From the NCBI RefSeq assembly GCF_027921745.1, contig NC_079238.1, positions 1,550,001 to 1,614,000 of the forward strand: 64,000 nucleotides of DNA. The letters run 5' to 3'. The notes beneath the pieces were generated by a model. The model had not been told where the DNA came from, did no database searches, and worked only from the letters and a program-made list of their open reading frames with translations. Shown here piece by piece: positions 49,763-61,994 of this stretch; position 1 is the first letter of the stretch, and every line of letters starts with the position of its first letter. Source of the DNA: Schizosaccharomyces osmophilus (Eukaryota). The position numbers were made by a program, and so were the translations under genes.

Positions 49763-50090
49763 CCATCTTTTTTTGGTGGCTTTTTGTACTTGTTGAACAA
49801 TTTCTTCTAAACAACGGTAAGTATTTCTCTTGTTTACAAACGTCTTCATATTCCATAAATGTGCAACCTCCTACTATTGCAACGAACGGTTACCTGTGAG
49901 GTAACACTTGAGTTTTTAGAGAAGATTAAATAAAATAAACAAACCGATCGTATTCAAACGTAAATTAAATTAATATATAGAGATTTCTTACAATGAATCC
50001 TAGAACAGTACCAAAAATTGGCGATGAGGAAAGAGAGGAAGCCAAATAAAACTAATTTAAATAAATAATGAGAGCAATAGGGTTGCTTTG

Positions 50091-51135
50091 TCAATTTTTC
50101 TCTTCCTTAAAAATTGAAAGCGAAGAAAAAAATGCATCGTCCTTTTGTTGATGCTTTGGAAGCGTAAGTGAACTGGTTTCCTCAGTTGAATATCCAAGGA
50201 TGCAAATAAGACTGTGGTAACATATCCAACACACGACACCAACAGTTTGTCCAAGACCTGTGAAGATGGACTTTATGCCATTGACAAGAAATTTTGCAAG
50301 TAATATTGCGACAAGCATTTCTAATGTCACAACTGCTACCGCGAGAGTACAACGAAATATAAAATCTAGTTTTGAAAAATCCAAAAAGCCTACTAAAACT
50401 AACACAACGAAAATCAACGTCAATTTAAGCATCACAATAGAACCAACCGCAAAGATAAAAAAGAACAGTGGATAAAACACCTGCACCGGAAATAAAAAAT
50501 GTTCGGAAACGACCCCAAGACCACCCACAATAAAAATTAGTGCTTTAGCCACGAGCCATGCTACCCAAATTATAGGCCGACTGGATACTAGTTTTTGTTA
50601 GCAAATGCATGCTTAAGAATTTTTTCGATTAGAAAAAATATTACTTACCGTAAAATACACCGAAAGAAGTTGCCCATGTTAAAAAGAATTGACCTAAAGG
50701 ACAAAAGAAATCCCAAGCATATCCAACTTTGCTAGATACATGTACTAACCAAGAAAGAAAGTCATAGTGGTAAAAGGCTGCTAATGAGCACAATAAAGAT
50801 AAAACCAATGTCGAAATACAGTGAACCGTTCTGTTTTGGAAGATTACATTTTTAGGGAAGTGACGTTTTGTTTCTTCCTTATACTCAGCTAAAAAAGTAT
50901 AGGCGTTGGCTTTAATCTTGTTCTCTTTTATATCATAATAATCTTTATCCGGAAACAAAAAAACAAGGAAAGCTACTACCTTGTTTCGTTTGATTTTTGG
51001 AGAACCTGACCCGAATGATTCTTTAATATCCTGCGGTGTATTCAAAGGAAGCCCCTTTTCAAGATCAATGTTGAAAGCATGGCCCTCAGGAGGAACACTT
51101 GAATCCAAGCTAGGCTTCTCTTCAGACATACTCAT
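50091..51135 (-). CDS. Lineage-specific multi-pass membrane protein, DUF999/UPF0494-like, 327 aa; exons 51135-50649 and 50587-50091
   Basis: A GTAAGT..GCTAAC..TAG intron joins two ORFs in frame; N-terminal VPPEG..NIDLEKGL and KD..DIKENKIK resemble S. pombe DUF999 proteins as I recall them; many hydrophobic helices. Confidence 0.7.
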
Positions 51136-51275
51136 ACAAAATTAATATCAATTGGCAAGAATTAAAGGCAAGGATGTTGGTTTCAATAAGAAATTTCGCA
51201 TCACTTACGCAACGTTGAGTCACAAGAGCAAGTAACATCTTGTAACTTGGCTTTTATTTACAGAAACAGAAAAAT

Positions 51276-51284
51276 GTAAACAAA
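51276..51284. promoter_or_regulatory. FLEX (Mei4/forkhead) motif GTAAACAAA
   Basis: Exact core 140 bp upstream of the DUF999-like ATG; a second, inverted GTAAATAAA at about 51253-51261. Confidence 0.5.
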
Positions 51285-51429
51285 GCAACTTTTTCAAAAA
51301 AAAATCAAAATGCTCACACCCTGGATTTAACAGTAAGTATAGCGTTTGATTGTTAGTGCTTGTCTAACACCGAAACTCGAATATAATCTTGATTTCTTGG
51401 GAACTAAAAAGTTAAGGAAAAATTATTCT

Positions 51430-52129
51430 TTATTTGAGAGAATGCAATAAGTCTGCAAAGTTAGTTCTTTTTTTTTTAGCTTCTCTCATTTCCTTTACAA
51501 CCTGTCGACCAGTCTCCCTTTATATTTCTTCCGACTGTTTACTTGGCATATACAAATTGAAAAGTCTCGAATCTAAGTTAGGTAGATGGCTCAGACCGAG
51601 CTTACTTTCTCTTTCAAACTTTTTTGAACAGAAAACCAATGGTAAAGCATCCTTTGTTTGTTGTGAGTAGTTTGTTTCCAGTCCCAAATGTCAACAAACA
51701 AACGTCTTGAAAAGGTATAAATAGAGGTCGAACTCTCCCTTTTTCAACCAAGCAAGCATATCAATCACATGCATCCAAAAGCAATTCTTTCTCAATCAAA
51801 CTCGAGAGCTTTGTTTCTTGTAGATGAATTGCGAAAACAGGACCTCGTTTTAGTCTTTTGTTGACAAAACTCACAAAATGAGCGCTCCTTGGATGTATCA
51901 CTGCTTTGCTTCGTTAAAAGATGAATAAGCAGAAGGCGTTCCACTCGGTTGCTTTCCCATTGCTCCAATACCTTTTTCCTCATATATCTTAAAAAATTGT
52001 GATGAACGTTTCGATACTCTTCTTGAATTTCATTCTCTTATTCTTTTTTTCAATTAATAACCTTTTCTCGTGAACCTTTATGACACAATTTTTGAGTATG
52101 ATCCCTTTGATTCCCTCCTTTTCTAACAT
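51430..52129 (-). pseudogene. Decayed ORF, tentatively UPF0300/DUF1773 (meiotic) family
   Basis: One frame (51960-51430) reads protein-like through scattered stops: SAYSSFNEAK..HVIDMLAWLK..LPLVFCSK..LPNLDSRLF. Confidence 0.4.
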
Positions 52130-52220
52130 TTCAGCTTTCTCTTTGATTGATTCCCTTTTTTGATTTTAACTTCTTTCCCTTGTAAACTGGTTTTATCCCC
52201 CGTTCTTTTCCTTAAGACTC

Positions 52221-52502
52221 TTGCTTCTAGCATTTGTTTACATTTCAAAAAGCAAAGCAACGCACGAGTAATTGTATCTCGTCTACTATTATTATTTATG
52301 TACGTGTTGAACAAGACAACTCAGCAGCGAGCATAAGATTTTAGTATTCGACTATAGATTCGATTCTGGTGGTTGCTGGCGTTTGTTTACATTCCAAAAT
52401 GTAATTTGCAGCATTCAAAAGGTCGAGTTCCAACTGCTCCTATTATTCATGTACGTGTTAAATTGAACCTTTTTAGCAACGAGCATGAGATAAGAGTATT
52501 TG
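52221..52502. repeat. Diverged tandem duplication (about 150-bp period), each unit with a FLEX motif
   Basis: TTTGTTTACATT at 52233 and 52382; ATGTACGTGTT at 52298 and 52449; CGAGCAT..AGTATT in both units. Confidence 0.7.
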
Positions 52503-53413
52503 AGAACAGACTCAACGGATGTTTGCGTTCCTGGCATAATCGTTTCTCTCAATAGTGATGTTGAATCAGTCGACCTTTCGAAGCATTGACTCTGGCCAAG
52601 TCAAGCTTTGGGGTTTATGTTCCAAAACCGAATTGAGTTGAAATTGATAATATAGAACAGGAGTTGCATCTTGGCATGAAATACAATACGCTGATCTCTT
52701 AAACCAAGTTGATCCTTTTCTTAAGCATCCAGCGTTGATGATTTATTCAGTAAGGGGACGTCACAGATAATTCCAAAGGTTTCCTAGGACGAATCGAGTA
52801 ACTCTTTGTCACTAGTCCGCTTTTCTGGTTGTGTCTGTTTGTTTACTGGAGGAAATCTCAATGCTACGTCCTTTGAGCAAAGACAACTTGTTTCCTAACT
52901 CAAACTAAACTAAAATTCCTTTTTCAATAAATCTCCTTTGCCTTCTTATACTGTTCAACTCGTACAAAATAAATTCATTATATTTTTTCATTTATGCTCA
53001 GTCCCTTTATAACAAAGAAGCATAAATAAGTCAATGAATAATAAAATTCCAAACCTATAGATGCTAATTTTCTGTAATAAACTTGTCAATTTACATCTCT
53101 GACTGTATTTGTATAATTTAGCTTTCATGAACGTAAATAAACACCACAGTAACCATTTACGGAGAAAAAAAATCCAAAAACCTTTTGATTATTAAGTTTT
53201 TAAGCAAATTGAGTTTATTTTTTTCGCTTTTGTAAGTATTTACCGCCTTTGGGATCACTACCGTCGCTAGAAAGTCTAATTGCTGACAACATTCATAGCA
53301 CTGTTTGAAACAAGTCAGTAGGATTTTTATTTACTTGTAAACTAAGAAGTTTTGTTTTGAATTCGACCTTGCTGACGAAGTCAACTTTCTAATACCATTC
53401 TCAACGGATTACC

Positions 53414-56093
53414 ATGGAAATCACGGAAATGCAGGATCCTTTGGGCGCTTCTGCTTATTCCGTTTTTCCAATACCGCTGGACAAACACAATAAGAAGTCG
53501 GTTTTTTATACGAGATTTCTCACACCCCATAAATTTGCTTTATGTTTATTAGTTGAATTTTACGCCCAGCATGCTACTGCTCCGAGTTGTTCAGCTTCAT
53601 TTCTGGATATAATCTTGGAGTACTTTGACGTATGTTTTTATCGACTCATTTCTGTCAAGTATTGTCTTCTAATGATTTCGATTTTTAGTCATCTAATTCG
53701 TTGCCTCAGAGTTTGATTGACCTGTATAATATAACAACTAAACTTCCAAGCACTATAGATAGTTACAGTGTTTACGATTTATTACACGAACGTGTATGTC
53801 TTTACCTCATGTATAGCATTTTTTTGATGCAACTAACAAAGTATCACTCTAGCTATGGTCCTTACACTCATATGAAGATATTCATGAAATCTTCATGTCC
53901 TTGGGAAGTTATATTACAAACTTATACGAGCCTGATGAAGAGCCACCTTCTCACATGTTATTCTCGCCGTCTTCAGTTTTGTCTGTCTTTCTACGAAAAT
54001 GCGTGGTAGAATATGAACAGCTATCTTTCGAACAGGGAGTTGAGTTCTTTAAGTCTTTTCTTGAATACCGCTCCCCATCCATGAATTTTCGTAAAGATGG
54101 AGTGGAATACTGTAAAGTGAACGTACGGCATGAACTATTAGGTCTCGCGAGTAACCAGACTTTACTTCAACTCGCATTCGGGAGTACTCCAGGTTTGGAT
54201 TTCTGTGCAGTCACGAACTTAGCTAATATTGGATAGGTTGTCATGCAACTCAAGATATTGAAAGGCTTATTCAATTACAAATCCAGCACATGCAGCGTAC
54301 GTATTTTATTTATTGGATTTTTATTGACTTGAGAACCTTTCTAATTGTATTTCTTCAGGTTATGGATGTTTTTTACCAGAGGAGATGAAACGTAAACTCC
54401 ACGATATTTTAGAAGCCGAAGGGAACCACTTGAACACAAGCTATCACTTCAGGTATTTCTTTCTTTGTCTTATTTATCTAACTGATTAGGTTCTTAAATG
54501 CTTGGTTCAATGGGGACTATCAACAATCTATAGAGAACCTTTGCAGATACTTTGACCATGTCATGCATTCGAATGAACGAGTCTCCTACCAATACGCTTT
54601 GCTGAATCTTAGTATCTTGCAAGCTGACTTTGGATGTGACAAAGAAGCCCTGCGCGCTATAGAAGATACGATTAATACTGCACGGGAAAGCGGTGATATT
54701 GCTTGTCTAAATTTTGCTTTGGCTTGGATGTATGAATTTAAACGTTCTCAGCTTCCTTCTTCTAAAGACAAAAATCCTGAAGAAGAAAACCATATCCTGG
54801 AGCATCTAGCTATCAATAGTCAAAGTGCTCAAATCCCTGTTTTACAATCCACGGTTCATTTAATGCAAGCCCAACATTTTTTGGATAACGGCAGTAACAT
54901 GGTAGGAGTTTTTTCCAATTTGACAAAATCCTTTGCTTTGCAATGTCACAGCGAATCCTTCCATAGCTTTTCAAGATACATGGATCTTTTACAAGAAACA
55001 TGGTATCGACTAGGCTGTTTCTCATTAAGTTTTAACTATATCAGTCTTTATCAGAATAGCTTTTTCCAGGAAGCTTCTGTGATTGATTTGGTCAAAAGCT
55101 ACATGAATAAAGCCAGAAGACTAGTTGAGAATGGTAATTGGTCGGACGTTTCTGCGACTTTACAAATGGCTAAAATGGAGTCGGAACGTTCTTTTCAGTC
55201 TGTTCACTTTTATGGCCGTGAAAAGTGTTTTCTGTATCTGGATAAAGCAATAAATGAGTAAGGGTCCACGTTTCCTTGAGTTACTAATGATATTTTTACA
55301 GAAAAAACTACAAGACAGCAACGTTTCTTTTAAAAAGCTTGAATGGTTTCCGACATAGTAAGGAATCCCTATTCAACACTCATTATTACAGCCTCAAGCT
55401 TGACATAAGTTTGGGCAACTTCAGCCAGGTATGATGATATGACAGCAATTTGCTAACTGAAACAGTGTATAGATGCGGTTGAGAATCTTTTGGAGGACGA
55501 TACGAACCTTACGGTCGAGTGGAAAGTAAAGCTGATGCTTCTCAAAGTTGATATTTACATTGTATGTACAATAAAAAAGTTGATGACTTCTAACTGCCTC
55601 AGAAAACAAATGTTTTACATCGAGCCATCTTTGAACTCTTGAATGTTATTGAAATTTCCTCATCATCATTCTTGAGGCTCTATCTCTTAGAAGCATTATG
55701 TCTTTTGTGTTTAATCGGAAGTCTGGATTGCATCAAGGCTACTGAGCTTTTGGATTCTTTAATACCCGAGGTAATTGCATCCGGTAATAAGGCATTGGTG
55801 GCATTATCGTTTTATTCATATGCGTCCATTCAGGTCTCCAGTTATGACAAGTTAAAGGCATCAAGAATATTTATTACGAAGTTGTTAGACAATGCATTCG
55901 ATGGTATGAGGCACTTTTTATTTTGTATTTTTCTTTACCACTAACGTTGAAAGGTTACAAAAGCTGCCATATGAAAGATATGCAACAGCAAATAGCGCTT
56001 TTAAAAATCCAATTTCTGAAGCAGATCAAGGATAACCAAGCAAGTCGTTACACCGAACAGTATTATAAAGAACTATTTATGCAAAACGAGTGA
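53414..56093 (+). CDS. apc5: Anaphase-promoting complex subunit Apc5, many introns
   Basis: FLTPHK; LSVFLRKC; RYFD..YQYALLNLSILQADFG; A..TARE.GD..CLNFALAW. Confidence 0.88.
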
Positions 56094-56343
56094 AGATTGG
56101 TTTAGATCATCCAATTGAACAACGGATTACCTTTTCAATCATGATAAGACGAATAATGACTACACGTTCAAGTTTCCAAGGTTTAGTCTTTTACCAACTG
56201 AATGACCTTTACTAAGAAACTATATTTTTAAAATTCTATCACCTCATACACGGTTACTTATAAGCTACTTCTTAAACTACAAATGGACTAATCAATCCAT
56301 CAAAAATAATATAAAATAACTGAAAGGAACAGCAATCTTTGAT

Positions 56344-56826
56344 CTAGATGAAAGTATCATAAGGAGCAGGATGAAGAGTGATGGGCTTGTTTTGTTCAGT
56401 AGCAACAAAGTGGGCCTTGACGGGAGGAGTAGGTTGACGACGGAGTTGGACAGTCTTACCTTCAGTCTTAGCCTCCTTACGCTTTTGCTCGTTGAGCTTG
56501 ACACGGTTCAAGAAATCTTGACGGCACTTGGAGTGCTTAACGTGCTCAATACGGACGTTGACGCGCTTCTCCATGTAACGGTTGCCAACGATCTTGTAGA
56601 TCAAGACACCGACGGAAGATTGAGTAACGTTGTAGACGATACCAGTCTTACCATGGTAGTACTTGTGAGGCATACCCTTTTGGACGGCACCATTAGCCTT
56701 AATGTCGACGATGTCACCAACCTTGTAGGTCTTCAAGTAAGTGGACAAACGAATTTGACCATGCTCTCTGAAGCCACGTTGGAAGGTGTAACGGGTACGA
56801 GCTCTGAGACCGAATGAGTGAGGCAT
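56344..56826 (-). CDS. rpl21: 60S ribosomal protein eL21
   Basis: [38 protein letters not shown]. Confidence 0.97.
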   Translation of the reverse strand: MPHSFGLRARTRYTFQRGFREHGQIRLSTYLKTYKVGDIVDIKANGAVQKGMPHKYYHGKTGIVYNVTQSSVGVLIYKIVGNRYMEKRVNVRIEHVKHSKCRQDFLNRVKLNEQKRKEAKTEGKTVQLRRQPTPPVKAHFVATEQNKPITLHPAPYDTFI

Positions 56827-56886
56827 TGCTGTTCCTGGTTAAGCGCAGGATGTCTGTACAATTTCTCTTTGTGGTGTAGAAACCGC

Positions 56887-56894
56887 CGTGACTG
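56887..56894 (-). promoter_or_regulatory. Homol D variant (CAGTCACG) upstream of rpl21
   Basis: About 60 bp upstream of the ATG. Confidence 0.7.
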
Positions 56895-57288
56895 CTTTTT
56901 GGAGTTCGTTATACTACACTATATCATTTAACATCCGCGCTGTAACGATATGACAGATTTCATTCAAGCCAAGATTAATGTCAGAAAGAATGGTTTAATG
57001 CCGTTTGTATGAGTATATTTCTAGTAATTTTCAATCCTACAATACTGAATATTATGCGTCTTGTTTATGAAACAACCAGCTTAGCAACCGTTGAATTTAT
57101 TGATCACCCATCAGAAACACATCCAAAGGTGGGAAAACGAAAATGTATACTAAATTCCCTGAACGACAAAATCATAATGTTGCAGATCAGCTTAAAAAAA
57201 GGAAAATAATTAACTCATAGCAATACACCCAAGAAATTTAACACGTAGGCTTCTATAGCTGTACTGACGAATTGACTACTAACCGTAT

Positions 57289-58077
57289 TTAAGCAAGTCC
57301 TTTGAGAGCACGTCTGCGGTCACGCTCTTCAGTAATGCTGAGCTTGACACCCTTGCCCTTAGGCAAAGAGATCCAGCTCTTGTTGGTCTCACCAATAACG
57401 AAGACGTTGGAGAGACGAGTAGCGAACTCACGGTCCAAAGCATCCTTAACGTGGATGATTTCAAAGGAACCAAGGTGGTGTTCACGGTGAATGATGGTAC
57501 CAACACGGCCCATGTTACGGCCACCGGTGACCATGACTTGGGCAGAAGTATCAAACTTGATGAATCCTTCAATCTTGTTGGTTTCCAAGTTAAGCTTGAC
57601 GGTATCGTTGACCTTGATCAAAGGATCAGGGTAGCGAATGGTACGGCCGTCATGAGTGACGATGAAAGGAATACCCTTGGCACCCAATTGGACACGCTTA
57701 ACCTTGCAAAGCTTGTACTTGGCTTCTTCAGCAGTGATGCGGTGAACAGTGAAACGTCCCTTAATATCATAAACAAGACGGAAGTGTTCACCAGTCTTCT
57801 CAATGCTAATAACATCCATGAAACCAGTAGGGAAAGTGTTGTCAGTACGAACCTTTCCGTCGACCTTGATCAAACGTTGCATGAGAATAGCTCTAACCTC
57901 ACGACCGTTCAAAGCATACTTAAGACGGTTGCGCAAGAAGACGATCAAGGGAAGGCACTCACGAGCCTTATGAGGACCAGCAGAAGGCTTGGGAGCGTAA
58001 GTACCAGAGAGCTTGTCTAAAAGCCAGTGGTGAGGGGCGGCGACACGCTTTAAATGCTTTTTGGGTCCGCGAACCAT
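57289..58077 (-). CDS. rps4: 40S ribosomal protein eS4
   Basis: [43 protein letters not shown]. Confidence 0.98.
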   Translation of the reverse strand: MVRGPKKHLKRVAAPHHWLLDKLSGTYAPKPSAGPHKARECLPLIVFLRNRLKYALNGREVRAILMQRLIKVDGKVRTDNTFPTGFMDVISIEKTGEHFRLVYDIKGRFTVHRITAEEAKYKLCKVKRVQLGAKGIPFIVTHDGRTIRYPDPLIKVNDTVKLNLETNKIEGFIKFDTSAQVMVTGGRNMGRVGTIIHREHHLGSFEIIHVKDALDREFATRLSNVFVIGETNKSWISLPKGKGVKLSITEERDRRRALKGLA

Positions 58078-58135
58078 TGTCTATCGTCGTGGTTAAAACT
58101 CGCTTTTCGCCTAAACGGTTTCGCAGGAGCAAGTG

Positions 58136-58143
58136 TGTGACTG
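58136..58143 (-). promoter_or_regulatory. Homol D box (CAGTCACA) upstream of rps4
   Basis: Exact motif about 60 bp upstream of the ATG. Confidence 0.75.
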
Positions 58144-58586
58144 CTTTTTTCGACAACAAACCTTTTTCCATTAATTACCTGTAAATAGCAACCATAATAT
58201 ATCTTTATTGTTTTTATAGTATACTAAACGGTTATTATTTCAATGATTTTCAATAAATATGTTTTAATGGATGTCTGTTTTGTTGAAGTGATTTCAACGT
58301 GATGTATTAAAGGTAGTCAGTTGAACAAGAATTTTGCTACTCTAGTACCAATGGAATATGTTTCCTTCTTTTTCACTTGCTTTTTCTTTATAAATTAGAA
58401 TTTTATCATTTTACTCCTTCAGGAAATTGCACGCACTTTTGCGAGCTCTTTGTTCCTCACTACTTCAGGTGCGAAACAAGAATATCATCTCAGTTTTACA
58501 GCATAATTCATATCTTAATTATATATAGGTATATATTCGTTCTCGAATTTAGCAGCATCGGTGCTCAGTTGGTACTAATTTACAAC

Positions 58587-59231
58587 ATGGATAGTGTAAC
58601 TATCAAGGATGAGACGATTGCATATAAACATTATCCTAATGATAATTCAAAGATTGCGATTTTAGCACATCCATATGCATATTTAGGTGGATCTGTAGAT
58701 GATGCTTGTATTGTTATCATGGCCGAAAGGCTTCAAGAAAAAGGCTACAGTGTTTACGTTTTAGATTTTAGCAGCCTGCCTTCCTCCTGGTTTAGTGGTA
58801 AAAGAGATGCAAGGTTGTTCTCTGTATTTACGCACCATATAGTTGAAACTCATTCACCAAGCCACGTCCTCATCGGCGGTTACTCTTATGGTGGAAGAAT
58901 TGCAATGCATCCTTCAATCCGGCAAGGATTGGATTTCGATTCTATGAATATAAGTTTTATATTCTTAGCTCCCTATCTTGGCCTAGGGAGTGGGCTTTTG
59001 ACGGGTTATTGGAATGTAAAAGCAGAAGGATTTCCTCAAAAAGCATCTATTCTTTATATTGTTCCGACGAATGATGAGTTTACCGGTTTAAATACTTTTC
59101 AGTCGTTTTTTTCTAAATTGAAAAATCAATGCTCATTGTCAACGATGGTTGAATTGCATGAATGCTCCCATTTCTTGAATTTTAAAAAGCAAAAAGAACT
59201 TTCTAAAATTCTTGATGAATGGATAGAATGA
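58587..59231 (+). CDS. Small alpha/beta hydrolase (conserved fungal protein)
   Basis: AHPYAYLGGS; nucleophile elbow GYSYGG; DEFT and SHF as candidate triad residues. Confidence 0.8.
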   Translation: MDSVTIKDETIAYKHYPNDNSKIAILAHPYAYLGGSVDDACIVIMAERLQEKGYSVYVLDFSSLPSSWFSGKRDARLFSVFTHHIVETHSPSHVLIGGYSYGGRIAMHPSIRQGLDFDSMNISFIFLAPYLGLGSGLLTGYWNVKAEGFPQKASILYIVPTNDEFTGLNTFQSFFSKLKNQCSLSTMVELHECSHFLNFKKQKELSKILDEWIE

Positions 59232-59520
59232 ATGTTATCTTATAAAAGAAGTATGTGAATTCTCAGGTTCATTAAAACTACTTTGACCGATATAAAAAAA
59301 GCCAAATCTGTAAGAATGCTTCTAAATCTTTATTACTTTAACATATTTTTTCTTTTTAACTAAATATCTTTCATTCTTTTATTCACGAAGTTTGTGAAGG
59401 CGCATTTGTCCTCCCATGGTAAATATATGTTTGTTTACATTTATGGGTTTCAGGATATAGCGCATCTCCAAAAGAAAAAATAACTGGAAACTCCCACACA
59501 GCAAATCTGAAAAAGAAGAA

Positions 59521-61448
59521 ATGATATTCTCTAGTTTGTCTTTTCTTTTTGGTTTCCTTGTACTTGCCTTTGCTTTAGCTGAGTCACTAGTTTCAAATGG
59601 GGATATTTACCTTGGTACTCACAATGCATCCTCCATTCTAGAAACCCAAGAAATCTGGTTTGTGACTTTTACTAAAAGTGGAGAGGCTTTCAAAGACTTT
59701 AATGATATCTGGGAAGCTTCCTCTAGCGCATATCCAAATCTTCATCATGCCAAAGTGTTTTGTGATTTGGAATCCGGTACGGACAACACAATTGGTTATT
59801 TAGACTAACAAAAACAGAATTTTGCAAAAGTCAAGGCGTACTTGAGTATCCTCAGATTGCTGTTTTACGCAACGGAGCCTGGATGAGAAATGTTTTGGAC
59901 GACAGTCATCATTCGGTTGATTCGGCGTTGGAGTTTGTCGAAGCCCATTTAACTTACTGTCAATTGGAGTCCTTAAAGACCGGTTCCAACTGCCTAACGG
60001 AGGAAAATTATGATGAGCACTTGGATTCCCGGGAAGCAGTTTTTGGACTAGAGGAAGACGAATCCTGGAAAAGAGTCAACTCTTTAAGAAAAGCCGTGAA
60101 TCTAGTATTTCGAGATTTTCTTGAAGATTCTGAAAATATCCTTTCCGATAGAGCCTTTGTTATGTTTTATTCCACTACCAAATGTCCAGATTGCTTTCAG
60201 TGGGAGCCTATCTGGTTAAGCATTACCCGGGATGTAGCTGATGAATTGACTATGGGATACGTCAACTGTGATAGTGAAGAAGACCTATGTGCTTATTACC
60301 ATGTGGATAAATATCCCACATTTATAGCTTTTCAAAAGCTGGATGCTATTAAATATGAAGGTCCGCTAAATTATCGAGAGTTATCACGTTACGCCAATCA
60401 GTTGGCAACTTACCAAACGTTACACGTCCAGCCGGAAGAAATTGAATCCATAGAACACACACATACAACGTTCTTCATCTTCTTCCACGACTACGCTCTT
60501 ACGTTAGAGGATGTACAGTCTCTTAAGCGTATGGAACTGTATCTTGCTGGCAATGCTCCTTTGTTTCAATCTGATTCCGCTGCTTTGGCCGAAAGATATG
60601 GAGTTCATGCCTTGCCGGCATTCGTTTCAGTGAGAAATGGTGAGCCTTTTCTTTACCAAGCGAATACACCACGTCAATTTCGCTCTCACGAAAGGATTCG
60701 TAATTGGATTCGCCAAGCATCGCTTCCATTAGCCTCAGAACTATCACCGGTCAATTGCCATAAAATGGTGGATCGAAAACTGAGCGTTATAGCACTGCTT
60801 AATCCAGAATCCGAAAGCTATTTAGGAGATCGAGCCAGTCTGTTAAACTTTGGAAAACATTGGTTCCAGTTTCAAAAGAGACGGGAACGCAATTTTATCT
60901 CACACCAGCGAGTGAAAAAGTACACAGCCTTGACAAAGGCTAAAAAATCAAAAAATCAAAAAAAAATCGAACGGATCAAGTACTCGACTATAGAACATCC
61001 AATTTTCACCGAGTCAGTATCCTTTCTATGGACTGATTCCACTGTTTGGCAAACTTGGTTACTCACAAATCTAGGCTATTCAGAAACGTTAACTAGCGAA
61101 GTCACTGTGTTTATCGTGGATAATGAACGTGAGATCTTCTACACCCAAGGACACGACGGTAAACCTTTGAAGTTGGACGAACCATCTTTGTTTTCCACTT
61201 TGAGAGCGATTCTTGACAACTCGAAATCAATTCCTCACCAAGAAATGGGTAAAGCAACTATGTGTGGCGGTGAGATATATCACAAAAGTGCATACTTCAA
61301 ACCAATTATCTATTGTTTATTTTTGTTTTTATCATGTATCATGATTATTGTACTCATACATAAGCGAAGACGAGCACAACCTTCTCGTATGCAACCCATT
61401 CTTGGTTTTATGGACTTTCATCCTTTAGTTACTGTTAAAGCAGACTAA
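59521..61448 (+). CDS. pdi4: Membrane-anchored protein disulfide isomerase-like protein (Eps1/Pdi4 type), one intron at about 59777-59817
   Basis: Signal peptide; thioredoxin repeats (FVMFY..CPDC; VNCD..LC..YPT); C-terminal transmembrane segment and K.D end. Confidence 0.8.
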
Positions 61449-61616
61449 TTATAAATAAATTAATAGCAAACATTTCAAGATCACTACACCTCATTGTCAA
61501 TCGTTCTCTTTACAAGCCTCTACTCAAACAGCGCACATGTATCTTCAAAGTTATTCATAAACAGTTTTCCTTTCAAGGAATATATTTTCTATCTAACATT
61601 TATATACGATTCTTTG

Positions 61617-61942
61617 AAATGTCAACTGTATGGTTTTACCCAACTGCAAGGATCCAGGGACCATGTAGCGAAAGATTTAGGAATATACAGTTGTCAAAGG
61701 ATCAACCATGCAATACCCAAAGGTATTGCACAGGATCACTCCGATCAATTTCAAATCTGTTGGCTAGGCTACGCGGCATCATGAATCCAATTTTCGTAGA
61801 AAGACGTCAACTCTCAACCTGCAAGACAAATCTTGCAAGGACAATCCACGCCCTACACGTACTCTTGTCAACCTCTACACGCCAACCGCGTTGCACGCAA
61901 GTTCTCCGAAGAAAACTGAACAATGCAACTTCAGATTTGTTT
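61617..61942 (-). ncRNA. snR30: snR30/U17 H/ACA snoRNA (18S rRNA processing); 5' end approximate
   Basis: m1 ATATTCCTA (61686-61678) and m2 AAACCAT (61636-61630) sit in a CAACTGT/ACAGTTG-closed 3' hairpin; ACA box 3 nt from the end; 5' stem CAAATCTG/CAGATTTG; TATA at about 61975. Confidence 0.9.
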
Positions 61943-61994
61943 GTGTTATGGTAAAAGTTTCACCCGACCTTATATAGTCAAGCTTACAAACAGA

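Noticed and set aside
56371..58020. Long antisense ORFs over rpl21 and rps4 (also over aco2, adh8 and hsp16)
   Set aside because: Shadow ORFs expected from strong codon bias in highly expressed genes.
61494..61954. Plus-strand ORFs of 96 and 111 aa
   Set aside because: Antisense to snR30, with no protein motifs.
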